This document shows positions 1-8,562 of a DNA stretch of 56,799 nt, in pieces. Location of the stretch: NCBI GenBank assembly GCA_021162685.1, contig JAGGYF010000027.1:1-56799 (forward strand). Reading direction: 5' to 3'. The position numbers and the translations under genes were made by a program. Source of the stretch: Candidatus Iainarchaeum sp. (GTDB taxonomy: Archaea; B1Sed10-29; WALL01). Each line of letters starts with the position of its first letter. The stretch's first letter is position 1. Below the pieces are notes generated by a model that saw only the letters and a program-made list of their open reading frames with translations, was not told where the DNA came from and did no database searches.

Positions 1-36
1 GGTTATTAGCAGTGCAAGGATGAGCAATTTCTTCAT
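1..36 (-). CDS. 5' end of a gene running off the window (MKKLLILALLIT..., signal-peptide-like)
   Basis: ATG at 36 on the minus strand followed by hydrophobic codons. TATA-like tttataaa at 71-78 lies upstream. Too short to classify. Confidence 0.2.
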   Translation of the reverse strand, partial: MKKLLILALLIT

Positions 37-148
37 CCCACTCCCCTTTGAATATTTATTGCAATGGAAGTTTATAAAGGTTTGGGGTTTTATAAATGCA
101 TGAAAACAAAGGAAGAAGAAGGGGAGAGAGGCAAGCGTGTAAGGGTGT

Positions 149-1000
149 TTATAAATAGGTTATGTTGAGGAACGGTCTGTAGTAGTAGGGATCGCCTGGG
201 ACTGGGTCTGTGGTTGAGGCGCAGTAATATGCATAACCGTCAACATATGTGGCAATGACTTCCAAGATTATTGTTGAGGTTGATTCCATATTTGGAGCCA
301 GTTCTGAGATATTTACGCAGTAGCTGTCTGATGTTGACCAGTGCTCTATTGTTCCGTTTATTTGGAGTCTGACCGAGCGATAGAGCCTTGCAACATGCCA
401 GCAGAGCTCTGCAGATTGTATATTTGTTATTGGTGTTGTTTGTGGTGTTGTTTGGAAGGTGAGGGTTGCTTTGTTGTTTACTGACAAGAAGGAGAATGCT
501 GGCTTGTAATCACAGAACTGTTTGCTATCATAATAATTGTCAGCACTCCAACTTGAAAGGCCGACAATCACAAAATTGGCTTGTTGTCCAACAAGCTTCT
601 CCCACACATACTTCTTGTATTTTCCGTTTGCATCCTCAAGGTAAAATGCTAAGCTGTTTGGATCTGTTAACTGACCATAAATCTTGTATTTTGTGCCATC
701 TGGTTTTGAGCCGATTGCGCACATAACATTTTCAGGGGCTGATAAATAGGTTCCTTCAACAGGAACAAATATTCTGCCGTGCCATTTTATTTTCTGAGGA
801 GCGTTTTCCAAGCCGTCGTATGGTTTTGTGTAGCCCATGAGTTCTGTGTTGTTCTGGGCGCAAATCGAGCGGTCTTTTGCGACTGATCCGGAAACCTGTG
901 GGGATGATATGGTCTGGGAAACAAAGAGCATAACAATGACTGCTATTGATAGTACTCCTCCTATGAGAAGCAAATATTCAAATGACCCCTGTGCCTTCAT
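149..1000 (-). CDS. Class-III signal peptide (Epd/DUF361-type) pilin-like or adhesin-like protein, 283 aa
   Basis: N-terminus is MKAQGSFEYLLLIGGVLSIAVIVMLFV, giving a QxSxExxxL motif directly after a short basic leader and then a hydrophobic helix. The body is beta-rich and Y/N/T-rich. ATGA overlap with the upstream gene at 997-1000. Confidence 0.7.
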   Translation of the reverse strand: MKAQGSFEYLLLIGGVLSIAVIVMLFVSQTISSPQVSGSVAKDRSICAQNNTELMGYTKPYDGLENAPQKIKWHGRIFVPVEGTYLSAPENVMCAIGSKPDGTKYKIYGQLTDPNSLAFYLEDANGKYKKYVWEKLVGQQANFVIVGLSSWSADNYYDSKQFCDYKPAFSFLSVNNKATLTFQTTPQTTPITNIQSAELCWHVARLYRSVRLQINGTIEHWSTSDSYCVNISELAPNMESTSTIILEVIATYVDGYAYYCASTTDPVPGDPYYYRPFLNITYL

Positions 1001-1539
1001 CTAAACACCCAAAATTTTTTTGGTAGCCATACATCTGCAAACGCAAGGAATAAAATTATAGAAAGGAGAACGAAAAATATAGGTATCAACTCAAAGTTTA
1101 TTACTCCATTTATCCCCAGTAAACCAAAAAGACTGAACAGAGGCTTTGGTGCTCCAATAGTTAACAAGAGAAAGAGCGCGACTATCCCATAAAAAATTGT
1201 TTTTGTTCTCGCTCTGATGGCCCGCTTTGGTGGGAAAAGGAAGGACACAATAGCAAACACCAGAAAGTTCACGGAGAGGGCAAACCCAGTTAAAGAGATC
1301 GAGAGTATGTATGTCCAGTGGTTCACTTCCAGCGCTGCGAGGGTTCCCACATCTGATGGCTCTACCAACTCAACCTCCCTGAGGCGTTGCAGATATTCAC
1401 CTACCTTGTATGCGTCAAGAGAGGGGATACCTCCCTTGAATGCTGTGTACGGGCTTGACTCCAGCCTAACCCAGTTGATAACAGAGATCAGAAGTAAAGA
1501 GAACGCAATAATGATACATAGTTTTGAAAGCTCGTTCAT
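997..1539 (-). CDS. Integral membrane protein, unknown function (about 180 aa)
   Basis: The ORF track gives a GTG start at 1554; an in-frame ATG at 1539 (MNELSKLCIIIAFSLLL) is more plausible. There are 4-5 hydrophobic segments. Translationally coupled to the pilin-like gene 149-1000. Confidence 0.55.
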   Translation of the reverse strand: MNELSKLCIIIAFSLLLISVINWVRLESSPYTAFKGGIPSLDAYKVGEYLQRLREVELVEPSDVGTLAALEVNHWTYILSISLTGFALSVNFLVFAIVSFLFPPKRAIRARTKTIFYGIVALFLLLTIGAPKPLFSLFGLLGINGVINFELIPIFFVLLSIILFLAFADVWLPKKFWVFR

Positions 1540-1751
1540 CTTCACAAAAACCACCGTTCAAGATAAAACCCAACAATTATTTAAAGATTGTGGGTAAAGG
1601 AAGCATAGCACTATTGGTGATAACCTCTAAACAGAAAACAAACAATTCAATACCACACTATGTTACATTACCTTCATTGGTTGTAGTGGTAGAAGAACTG
1701 AAATAACTTGCAGCACATCAGAAAAGAAAGGTTTTTAATCTCTAAGCTTGT

Positions 1752-2225
1752 ATGAGTGTTATGCGAAAAGGCCAATACTATACTGTTTTCAAATTGCTCC
1801 AAGGGGCGATTATAGCGTCTGTTATGCTGCTCATTGTTTACGGTGTTATCCAGTCATTACATGGGCAGGTACCCTCTTCTGATCCGTTTACTATTAGCGC
1901 GGAGTTGTTGAGCAGTGCGTATGCTGCTGCTGGAACAGGGAAATATTTTACAAAGCAGGCATTGCTTGTTGAGCAGTCATTTGAAGCAGAATCTGTAAGG
2001 GCGAAAGCAGGATTACCATCAGACACCGAGGTAAAATTTGTTTGTAAAAAGCCGTATTGTATTGACCAGTTTGAGATGGTTCCAGTGACTGAGGCAGGTT
2101 CGTGTCAGAGCATACATGATGCTTGCACTGCCATTGGTTTTGAAGCAGGAGATAAGATATGGATATGTGCGAAGTGTGTTAACACCAGGAGATGCTACGT
2201 CTTTTTTGGAGAAAAGGAATGCTAA
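1752..2225 (+). CDS. Pilin-like protein with class-III signal peptide and Cys-rich head (157 aa)
   Basis: MSVMRKGQYYTVFKLLQGAIIASVMLLIVYG carries K-G-Q followed by a hydrophobic helix. The C-terminal half has 8 Cys. Paralogous in layout to 3931-4392. Confidence 0.7.
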   Translation: MSVMRKGQYYTVFKLLQGAIIASVMLLIVYGVIQSLHGQVPSSDPFTISAELLSSAYAAAGTGKYFTKQALLVEQSFEAESVRAKAGLPSDTEVKFVCKKPYCIDQFEMVPVTEAGSCQSIHDACTAIGFEAGDKIWICAKCVNTRRCYVFFGEKEC

Positions 2226-2250
2226 TGTCAGCATACGGGACAAAAATTCC

Positions 2251-2340
2251 AAAATTTTGTTCTATACACAGAACAAAAAATTTATTTTTTCATAGAAATT
2301 ACTGGATATTTATAAAATAAACAAAAATTTTGTTCTACAC
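2251..2340. repeat. Two copies of aaaattttgttcta(ta)cac (2251-2269 and 2324-2340)
   Basis: Read directly from the sequence. The first 14 nt are identical and the copies start 73 nt apart, between the pilin-like gene and the AAA ATPase gene. Confidence 0.6.
2255..2290 (+). terminator. Hairpin plus T-tract downstream of 1752-2225
   Basis: ttttgttct (2255-2263) pairs with agaacaaaa (2270-2278) across a 6-nt loop, followed by aatttatttttt. Confidence 0.35.
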
Positions 2341-2349
2341 GCAGACATA

Positions 2350-2359
2350 TTTAAATATA
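2350..2359 (+). promoter_or_regulatory. TATA-like box for the AAA ATPase gene
   Basis: tttaaatata is centred about 27 nt upstream of the ATG at 2381, consistent with a leaderless archaeal transcript. Confidence 0.35.
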
Positions 2360-2380
2360 GGTTATGACACAAGATAACGC

Positions 2381-3610
2381 ATGGGAGATATGGAGAAGAC
2401 ATTTGAGAGGATAGCAGAAATGTCCAGGCAAAGCCTGGAAAAAGCGAAGAATTTTGAGAAGAGGAGATTTTTGTTCAGTGAGATTATGAGGATAGTACAG
2501 GCAAAAAAGCACCTTATTGTTTTATTGACAGGCATGAGGGGAGCAGGAAAGACTGTGTTAAGTTTGCAGGTTGGGAATAATCTCTTGAGAGAAGGAGAGG
2601 AAGTGCTCTATATTCCAGCAGACCATGTAGCCCTTTCTGACATTTCTCTGTATGACATTGTTAAGCACAGTACAATGCATGGATATACCTATTTCATAGT
2701 TGATGAGATACATTCAAGGCCAGACTGGTCAAAGGAACTGAAGAGCATCTATGATAGTTTGGACGTGTTTGTTCTGGCAACTGGTTCATCCACAGCACTC
2801 TTGAGGAAGGGCAGGTATGATCTATCAAGAAGAGCATTGGAGATCAAGTTACCTGTGATGTCCTATCGTGAGATGGTAAACCTCAGGTTTGACAAGAACA
2901 GGACAGTATTGTCACTTGAGGAGATTCTCAGAGGGTTCAGGAATTTATCCATTAAATACAAGCCATATAGCATAATGGATTATCTGTCGTACTATTCACT
3001 TCCTGTTTCATTAGAATGTACCCCTGATATTGGCAAGGAGCTAATACTCTCAACCATTGAAAAGGTGATATACAAAGACCTACCTGATCTCTACCACTTA
3101 GATGCCGAAACAATCTATGATGCAAAGAAGCTTTTGGTGTATCTATCCTCTATAACACCTGGCGAAACCAGTATATCAAACCTTGCGCAGATGCTAGAGA
3201 ATGTAGGAAAAGGCACTGTAAAGACACTTCTGACAGCATTTTCAGAATTGGGGGTGACATTTGCAGTTCCACCTCATGGAAAGCCAGGAAAGAGACTAAG
3301 AAAGAGTTACAAGGTGTTGATGACTCCTCCATACAGACATATTATTGCTAGGGCAAGGGGATTGGAGCCGTCTATTGGCACGTTGAGGGAAGACTTCTTT
3401 GTTGCGCATGCTTGTCATGCGCACTCTGTAGAATATTTCAAGAGTAAAAGGATGCCAGATTACGTACTAGATGGCAGATACATATTTGAGATTGGCGGCA
3501 GCAAAAAAACAAAACGACAGATAAAAGCGATCAAGGAAGCATATCTTGTTGCAGACACAACATACTCAGAAACAAAGATCCCTCTTCACCTCTTTGGTTA
3601 CTTGTATTAG
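2381..3610 (+). CDS. AAA+ ATPase of the COG1373 type (AAA_14 plus DUF4143-like), 409 aa
   Basis: Walker A GMRGAGKT, Walker B FIVDEIH, then the PDWSKELKSIYD...TGSS pattern typical of this archaeal ATPase family. Confidence 0.8.
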   Translation: MGDMEKTFERIAEMSRQSLEKAKNFEKRRFLFSEIMRIVQAKKHLIVLLTGMRGAGKTVLSLQVGNNLLREGEEVLYIPADHVALSDISLYDIVKHSTMHGYTYFIVDEIHSRPDWSKELKSIYDSLDVFVLATGSSTALLRKGRYDLSRRALEIKLPVMSYREMVNLRFDKNRTVLSLEEILRGFRNLSIKYKPYSIMDYLSYYSLPVSLECTPDIGKELILSTIEKVIYKDLPDLYHLDAETIYDAKKLLVYLSSITPGETSISNLAQMLENVGKGTVKTLLTAFSELGVTFAVPPHGKPGKRLRKSYKVLMTPPYRHIIARARGLEPSIGTLREDFFVAHACHAHSVEYFKSKRMPDYVLDGRYIFEIGGSKKTKRQIKAIKEAYLVADTTYSETKIPLHLFGYLY

Positions 3611-3870
3611 AAGGAATGCTGAATCACATCTATGAAGAACAGAGCCATAGCAGCAAACATCATAATCATTCCAATAGGACCAGATAACAAAAACATTAAA
3701 GCAAATCCCAGCGCAAACAACATTATTGCTATTTTACTTATTTTCACATGCTCTGATTTCTCACCACGCTTTATGTCCTCCTCAACCCTTTTTGATGCCT
3801 CTGTCTGCCCTGGCTCTATCTTTGGCTTTCCGAAAAACACACCCTGAAGTATCCTATCCTCTATCATCAT
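3607..3870 (-). CDS. Small membrane protein (87 aa), unknown function
   Basis: Charged N-terminal half followed by two hydrophobic helices (IAIMLFALGFALMFLL, IGMIMMFAAMALFFI). Convergent with the ATPase gene, with a 4-nt overlap. Confidence 0.45.
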   Translation of the reverse strand: MMIEDRILQGVFFGKPKIEPGQTEASKRVEEDIKRGEKSEHVKISKIAIMLFALGFALMFLLSGPIGMIMMFAAMALFFIDVIQHSF

Positions 3871-3889
3871 TTATTTTTTAGTAGCAACA

Positions 3890-3897
3890 TTTATAAA
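3890..3897 (+). promoter_or_regulatory. TATA-like box upstream of pilin-like gene 3931-4392
   Basis: tttataaa lies about 35-40 nt upstream of the ATG at 3931. A GGTGA SD sits at 3921-3925. Confidence 0.3.
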
Positions 3898-3930
3898 CAA
3901 AAACTGCTATTAGTTGCTCTGGTGAATATC

Positions 3931-4392
3931 ATGCTTAATCAGAAAGGACAGGCATTTGATGCATTTAAGTTGCTTATAGCAGCAGTTGTTGCTGGAGCAA
4001 TTTTAGTAATCCTCCTCTCAATGATTGGAGGATTTATGCCAGTTGGCCAGGACCCATTAACAGTCATGGGCCAGGAGCTGAACAAGGTGAAGAAGGGAGG
4101 TGTTGCAAGTACATCAACAGCAGTTGTGCAGTTCCAGGAAGGTCAAGAGTATACTGCAGATGCTGTTGCACAGGAGGCAGGCATAAACAAGGGCATGGTA
4201 GTGTTCTGCTGTGAAGGAGTAGATGATCCAGATGGCAAGTGTGAGGGCTACATGTTTGATGAACATGAGGATGCATTTGAGTGCAATGGAAAGACACTAA
4301 CGGTTAAACAAAATATCGCAGGAAAGGTAAGGGCTTACTGTCCGATTGGCGAGGGGAAGTGTATCATAGGATTCAAGTTGACAAGGGGCTAA
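3931..4392 (+). CDS. Pilin-like protein with class-III signal peptide and Cys-rich head (153 aa)
   Basis: MLNQKGQAFDAFKLLIAAVVAGAILVILL. The ATG at 3931 is preceded by GGTGA, whereas the track start at 3922 is GTG. The C-terminal half has 6 Cys. Paralogue of 1752-2225. Confidence 0.7.
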   Translation: MLNQKGQAFDAFKLLIAAVVAGAILVILLSMIGGFMPVGQDPLTVMGQELNKVKKGGVASTSTAVVQFQEGQEYTADAVAQEAGINKGMVVFCCEGVDDPDGKCEGYMFDEHEDAFECNGKTLTVKQNIAGKVRAYCPIGEGKCIIGFKLTRG

Positions 4393-4393
4393 G

Positions 4394-4555
4394 ATGCTTT
4401 GGCTTTTCAGGACAATGCTGAACAAGAGGGGGGACGTTAACTGGACCCCCATCTATATCCTCATTCTGGCAGCAATAGCAATCATCCTTTTGATCTCTGT
4501 GATAAAGCCTATGTTCCAAGCAGCTGTGCAGAGTGCATCAAGTGCAGCACCATAA
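4394..4555 (+). CDS. Mini class-III-signal-peptide-like protein (53 aa), not in the ORF track
   Basis: My translation is MLWLFRTMLNKRGDVNWTPIYILILAAIAIILLISVIKPMFQAAVQSASSAAP. It has K-R-G followed by one hydrophobic helix. It starts 2 nt after the stop of the preceding pilin-like gene. Confidence 0.45.
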   Translation: MLWLFRTMLNKRGDVNWTPIYILILAAIAIILLISVIKPMFQAAVQSASSAAP

Positions 4556-4628
4556 ACCAAAACCTTTTAACAATAAGTTTATCTACAAGAACGTATATAC
4601 TTTTTCTGGAATTGTTTAGGGGGGCAAT

Positions 4629-5333
4629 ATGCCAGAACTAAAGAGTCTTGGTGTGAAAGGTATAGATGACCTTCTTGGAGGGGGTATTGCTTCTTCTAGG
4701 GTAATCCTTGTGCAAGCACCACCAGGCTCAGGAAAGTCAACATTGTGCAGACAATTCATATGCGAAGGGATTATAAGGGGCGAGCCAGTTCTCTATGTTG
4801 TAACAGGAGAGCCTATCCAATCTGCGAAGGCAAAGATAAAGGAACATCTCCATAGAGATGAACTTAGAAACGCACTCTTTGTTGACTGCTATTCATGGAG
4901 AATTATGAAAAGACCACCAAGTGAGGAAGGCGTGATAGTGCTTGCATCCTTGGGAGAACTAAATGAGCTTGCAAATATCATAAAAGAGTGGTTGAAAGAT
5001 CATCCTAGTACTAGAATAGTTATTGACTCAATATCAGACTTTCTTTTGTACGGAGAGCCAAAAAGCGTGTTCAAGTTTGTTCAGATATTAAGTGGCCTTG
5101 TGAAAGCAGGTGAGAGCATAGCTCTTATTGCATTAGAAACGGGGTTGCATGAGAAGAGCATTGTTTCCACAATGAACTATCTCACAGATGGCACAATAGA
5201 GATGAAGGTTGAATCAGGTAACAGATACCTGAGGATAGCACGAATGGCAGGTGCCCAGCACCCATTAACATGGGTAATGTTTTCAATGTCTGCAAAGGGT
5301 ATAGAAGTAAGGATTGGCAAGTTCTTTGAATAA
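4629..5333 (+). CDS. KaiC/RecA-superfamily ATPase, ArlH(FlaH)-like (234 aa)
   Basis: GIDDLLGGGIASSRVILVQAPPGSGKSTL (Walker A) and RIVIDSISDF (Walker B). It is a single RecA-like domain of ArlH size. SD aggggg precedes the ATG. Confidence 0.8.
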   Translation: MPELKSLGVKGIDDLLGGGIASSRVILVQAPPGSGKSTLCRQFICEGIIRGEPVLYVVTGEPIQSAKAKIKEHLHRDELRNALFVDCYSWRIMKRPPSEEGVIVLASLGELNELANIIKEWLKDHPSTRIVIDSISDFLLYGEPKSVFKFVQILSGLVKAGESIALIALETGLHEKSIVSTMNYLTDGTIEMKVESGNRYLRIARMAGAQHPLTWVMFSMSAKGIEVRIGKFFE

Positions 5334-5373
5334 AACGAAAATATTATTAATAAGAATCTGTTAACCTAGCAAC

Positions 5374-6159
5374 ATGGATAAAAAGTGGTATCCAATTTTG
5401 ATAACTTTATTGATTGTCTATGCTGTGGGCGCATACTTCATGACAATAAAGCCTTTAATGCCAGAGGTCAAACCACTTGAGAATACATTCCCTCTTTTTG
5501 GTTTATCCTTCCAGGCAACTGTTTTGCTTTTGGGTTGTAGTATTGTGATGTACTATACTTGGTTAAAAGGAGGCAGAAGGAATACAACACATATTATATG
5601 GTGTGCTGCGTTCTTCATATACTCTTTGTTGTTTGTTGGATTAATGCTTCAAGCATTGGGCATTCCATGGGCAAATACCAAGATTCCTTCTATATTTTTC
5701 CTGTGGCGCCAAACGCAAATCATATGGGCAGCATTGGTCTACTATGGGATTGCCCTTATAGTATTTGATGATAACAAGATGATGCGCATAATTCCAACAC
5801 TAGCCATAATAATATTTGGGTATGCTATATTCGCACATGGTCTGCTTGTTGGCCCAAATGATATAGAATGGACAATGTACGGATTCTTACACATGGTCTG
5901 GATTCCTGTAAACATCTTCATTAGTTATCTATTCTACCTATACTGGAAAAGAATCGCACAAACAGCATCAGCATATCTCTCACTAGGATTTGCAGGTATT
6001 GCATTTACATATCTCCTATGGGCACCATGGCATCTAACTAGGTTCTACTTTGTATGCTTTTCATTGTACACTCTATCATTAGTTCCTGTGTTAATAGGCA
6101 TGGTCATGATAAGAAACAGAACAAAGGAGCCCATACTCAGAGATGGCGACATGATATAG
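5374..6159 (+). CDS. Polytopic membrane protein (261 aa, about 7 TM), unknown function
   Basis: Seven or so hydrophobic segments rich in W, Y and F. No recognisable catalytic motif. Confidence 0.65.
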   Translation: MDKKWYPILITLLIVYAVGAYFMTIKPLMPEVKPLENTFPLFGLSFQATVLLLGCSIVMYYTWLKGGRRNTTHIIWCAAFFIYSLLFVGLMLQALGIPWANTKIPSIFFLWRQTQIIWAALVYYGIALIVFDDNKMMRIIPTLAIIIFGYAIFAHGLLVGPNDIEWTMYGFLHMVWIPVNIFISYLFYLYWKRIAQTASAYLSLGFAGIAFTYLLWAPWHLTRFYFVCFSLYTLSLVPVLIGMVMIRNRTKEPILRDGDMI

Positions 6160-6194
6160 TAATCCTTTTAAATCCTTGCTCCTTCTATTTTCTT

Positions 6195-6740
6195 ATGTTA
6201 TATCTCAATAGAAGAGGTCAAGAGGAGGCACCATTCCAGATGCTTTTAGCAGTTGCGATGCTTGCTATGGTTCTGCCTCTTGCAATGTACCTCTTCCAGC
6301 AGTTTCAGGAGTGGGAGTGTAGAGCAAGGGTGCAGAACAACATGGAGACATTTGCTAGGGAGTTAGAACTTGCAGCCACATTAGGTGGAGGCCAAAGGTT
6401 TGTTGATGTTGACCTGAGAACATATGCATGTGGTAATTTTAGAGTTGATAACTTTACACTAGAAAAACCAACACAGGACAGATGCTTAGAGGTTTGTCAT
6501 GAGCCAAACTGCTGGATAATGAGTGCAAAGTATATGGACTATTCTGTTGAGCCACCTGAGGAATCTGTTGCAACAGAGCCTGTTTGCATACGTATTCCTT
6601 TCAATGTTGAGGTAACCACAGACGAGTGTTATGGACAATACGAAAAAGTTGGTGAAGTGATCTCTACAGATTATCACACATTTGTTTTGGAGAAAGTAGG
6701 AAATAAAGTAAGGCTGTGTGAGAAACCGAAGAAAAGGTGA
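6195..6740 (+). CDS. Pilin-like protein, Cys-rich (181 aa)
   Basis: The internal ATG at 6195 gives MLYLNRRGQEEAPFQMLLAVAMLAMVLPLAMYLF (R-G-Q plus a helix). The track start at 6054 overlaps the preceding gene. There are 8 Cys. Confidence 0.6.
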   Translation: MLYLNRRGQEEAPFQMLLAVAMLAMVLPLAMYLFQQFQEWECRARVQNNMETFARELELAATLGGGQRFVDVDLRTYACGNFRVDNFTLEKPTQDRCLEVCHEPNCWIMSAKYMDYSVEPPEESVATEPVCIRIPFNVEVTTDECYGQYEKVGEVISTDYHTFVLEKVGNKVRLCEKPKKR

Positions 6741-6744
6741 ATTC

Positions 6745-7422
6745 ATGAAAAAAGGTTTGGGGATGTGGATTCTCTCAAAAACAGTCATACTCATCTTTCT
6801 TTTCTCTTTGGTTATGATTATGACAATCTTTCTGAAGATATACTCGGATAAGGTTGTCTCAGATACTGCGAGGAGCTATACAACATACTGGTCAGAGGTT
6901 GCAAGCAGCGCGCTATCGTTTGAATCAAGCAGTGATTCTGTTTACTTAGAGCCAGTTATAAGGGTTAGAGAATCACAGAAGCAGTACACAGCGTTTGTTG
7001 TGAAAAGCAAAGGGAGGGAGAACAGAATAACATTCCTTTTGTCATGGGCGCGATTTGATCAGGACAAGGATTACAAGGATTACAAGACAGAGTATAGCAT
7101 GAAATATCTTAAGTCATTTGAGCAAAAATACGGATATGCAGCAGCAAGTGCTTTGAACATGCCAGAAGCAATTGATGAGATTTACTTCTTCAATGTTGTT
7201 CCTGGGAGCGACCCACAAGATCCAGAATATGATGTTATACGCAATGATGAACAACCTCTTATAGCACAGCCATCAAATAATCTTGAACGCGAGACAGACT
7301 TTATCTTCTATAGGAATGAAACAGTATTCTGTGTTGCAACATTGGCAGCAGGGCAGAACATAACAGCAGCCATACGAAAGGTTGGTAGGTGTTGTTATCT
7401 TGGGGTGGAGGGCTGTGATTAA
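6745..7422 (+). CDS. Pilin-like or minor-pilin-like protein (225 aa)
   Basis: The ATG at 6745 gives MKKGLGMWILSKTVILIFLFSLVMIMTIFL. There are 4 Cys near the C-terminus. The gene begins 5 nt after the previous stop. Confidence 0.55.
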   Translation: MKKGLGMWILSKTVILIFLFSLVMIMTIFLKIYSDKVVSDTARSYTTYWSEVASSALSFESSSDSVYLEPVIRVRESQKQYTAFVVKSKGRENRITFLLSWARFDQDKDYKDYKTEYSMKYLKSFEQKYGYAAASALNMPEAIDEIYFFNVVPGSDPQDPEYDVIRNDEQPLIAQPSNNLERETDFIFYRNETVFCVATLAAGQNITAAIRKVGRCCYLGVEGCD

Positions 7423-7939
7423 GGGTTACTTGGGCCCACTAGGTGATGATTTTCCCGCTATCTTTCCTATTGCATTAGGCCTTATGTTCTTTTTTGGTGC
7501 TATTACTATCACATACCAAAACTATGATATGAAGCAAGAGATGACAACACTCATGAGGGCAAATCTCGCATTATCCAAGGCAGTTAGAACACAACTAGAA
7601 TTTGACCCAGAGTTTTGGGAAACAGCATGTAATGTTTTGGAGGATACAAAAGCCAACTATGGTGTCATGGCAAAGATGGGCATTATTGAAGTAAAATATG
7701 TGGAGGATGGAAATTATGAAACAAATCCAGAATATGAGGGTTATGAACTGGAGGAGTATATCTATTATGATGATAATGGCTACCCCAAGACAATCGAACC
7801 ATGCGGCGACCTAATGGAGAAAGGAAAGCCAATACCAAAAGAAAACGATTTTGTTGTTGTAATGTACTATCCTGTAATCATAAAAGAGAGTGGCGTTAAC
7901 AAACCAGTAACATTGGTGATTATGACATGGAAGGCATGA
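7415..7939 (+). CDS. Pilin-like protein, start uncertain (GTG 7415 or TTG 7382)
   Basis: VIKGYLGPLGDDFPAIFPIALGLMFFFGAITITY carries K-G followed by a hydrophobic helix. GTG 7415 overlaps the upstream TAA (GTGATTAA). Confidence 0.5.
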   Translation: MIKGYLGPLGDDFPAIFPIALGLMFFFGAITITYQNYDMKQEMTTLMRANLALSKAVRTQLEFDPEFWETACNVLEDTKANYGVMAKMGIIEVKYVEDGNYETNPEYEGYELEEYIYYDDNGYPKTIEPCGDLMEKGKPIPKENDFVVVMYYPVIIKESGVNKPVTLVIMTWKA

Positions 7940-8517
7940 AGGGACAGGCAGTTGTGATTGATGCAATCTTTTTTATGTTAGTGTGTGGGATGGCTGCCAC
8001 TGCTCTTTTCTGGGCTGGGAGCGTTTATGGAAACAAAACATATGAGGCATATAAGTACATGTACCTAAACGACTATGAGACAAGCATGATTGCAGTATTG
8101 GGTGAGATGTCATACAAGGATGGGGATACTGTGAGGTATTGGATGACTGAACTGGGCGAATACATGAAGGGAACGTTTAATGAAAGCAGCAATCGTTACA
8201 CGTTATTACAGGAGAACTTTCAGAAACTTTGTGTGCAAGCACCTGCGCCTGTGCTTCTGATAGTAAGTTCTCCAACACCTGGAGCAAAAAGAGGGTACTG
8301 CCCATTTGCTGGAGGAAAATGCGAGAAGCTGTACTTTGCATGCGGCAGATTGTTAGATAATACATGGGATCTCTCTCTAAACGAGACCATACAAAACTCA
8401 GATGGCACAACCACATATGTTGTAAACGAGACAAAGTATCCGTACTATTCAAGCCCTGTAACGTCAAAGATGTGTAGTACCCTCAGATGTGAGATGGTTA
8501 CCAAGATATACTACTAG
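7936..8517 (+). CDS. Pilin-like protein, Cys-rich (193 aa)
   Basis: The ATG at 7936 gives MKGQAVVIDAIFFMLVCGMAATALFWAG. ATGA overlap with the upstream stop. There are 6 Cys outside the helix. Confidence 0.6.
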   Translation: MKGQAVVIDAIFFMLVCGMAATALFWAGSVYGNKTYEAYKYMYLNDYETSMIAVLGEMSYKDGDTVRYWMTELGEYMKGTFNESSNRYTLLQENFQKLCVQAPAPVLLIVSSPTPGAKRGYCPFAGGKCEKLYFACGRLLDNTWDLSLNETIQNSDGTTTYVVNETKYPYYSSPVTSKMCSTLRCEMVTKIYY

Positions 8518-8562
8518 CAATACTTTTATATACAACATGATTTTAACTAATGAGTGATAGAG

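Noticed and set aside
466-726. Short plus-strand ORFs opposite the first pilin-like gene (466-726, 1217-1597, 1524-1706)
   Set aside because: They are antisense to, or overlap, better-supported minus-strand genes. Their composition is Cys/Arg/His-rich and looks random, with no start context.
5374-6159. Prepilin peptidase (PibD/ArlK/EppA) candidate because of its position in the pilin operon and about 7 TM helices
   Set aside because: It has no GxGD-like motif and no conserved paired aspartates in the expected loops. It is called only as a membrane protein of unknown function.
6054-6194. Long N-terminal extensions of pilin-like ORFs (6054, 6718, 7927, 23982, 14615)
   Set aside because: They overlap the preceding genes and bury the class-III leader far from the N-terminus. 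Internal ATGs give the canonical short basic leader and ATGA-type coupling.
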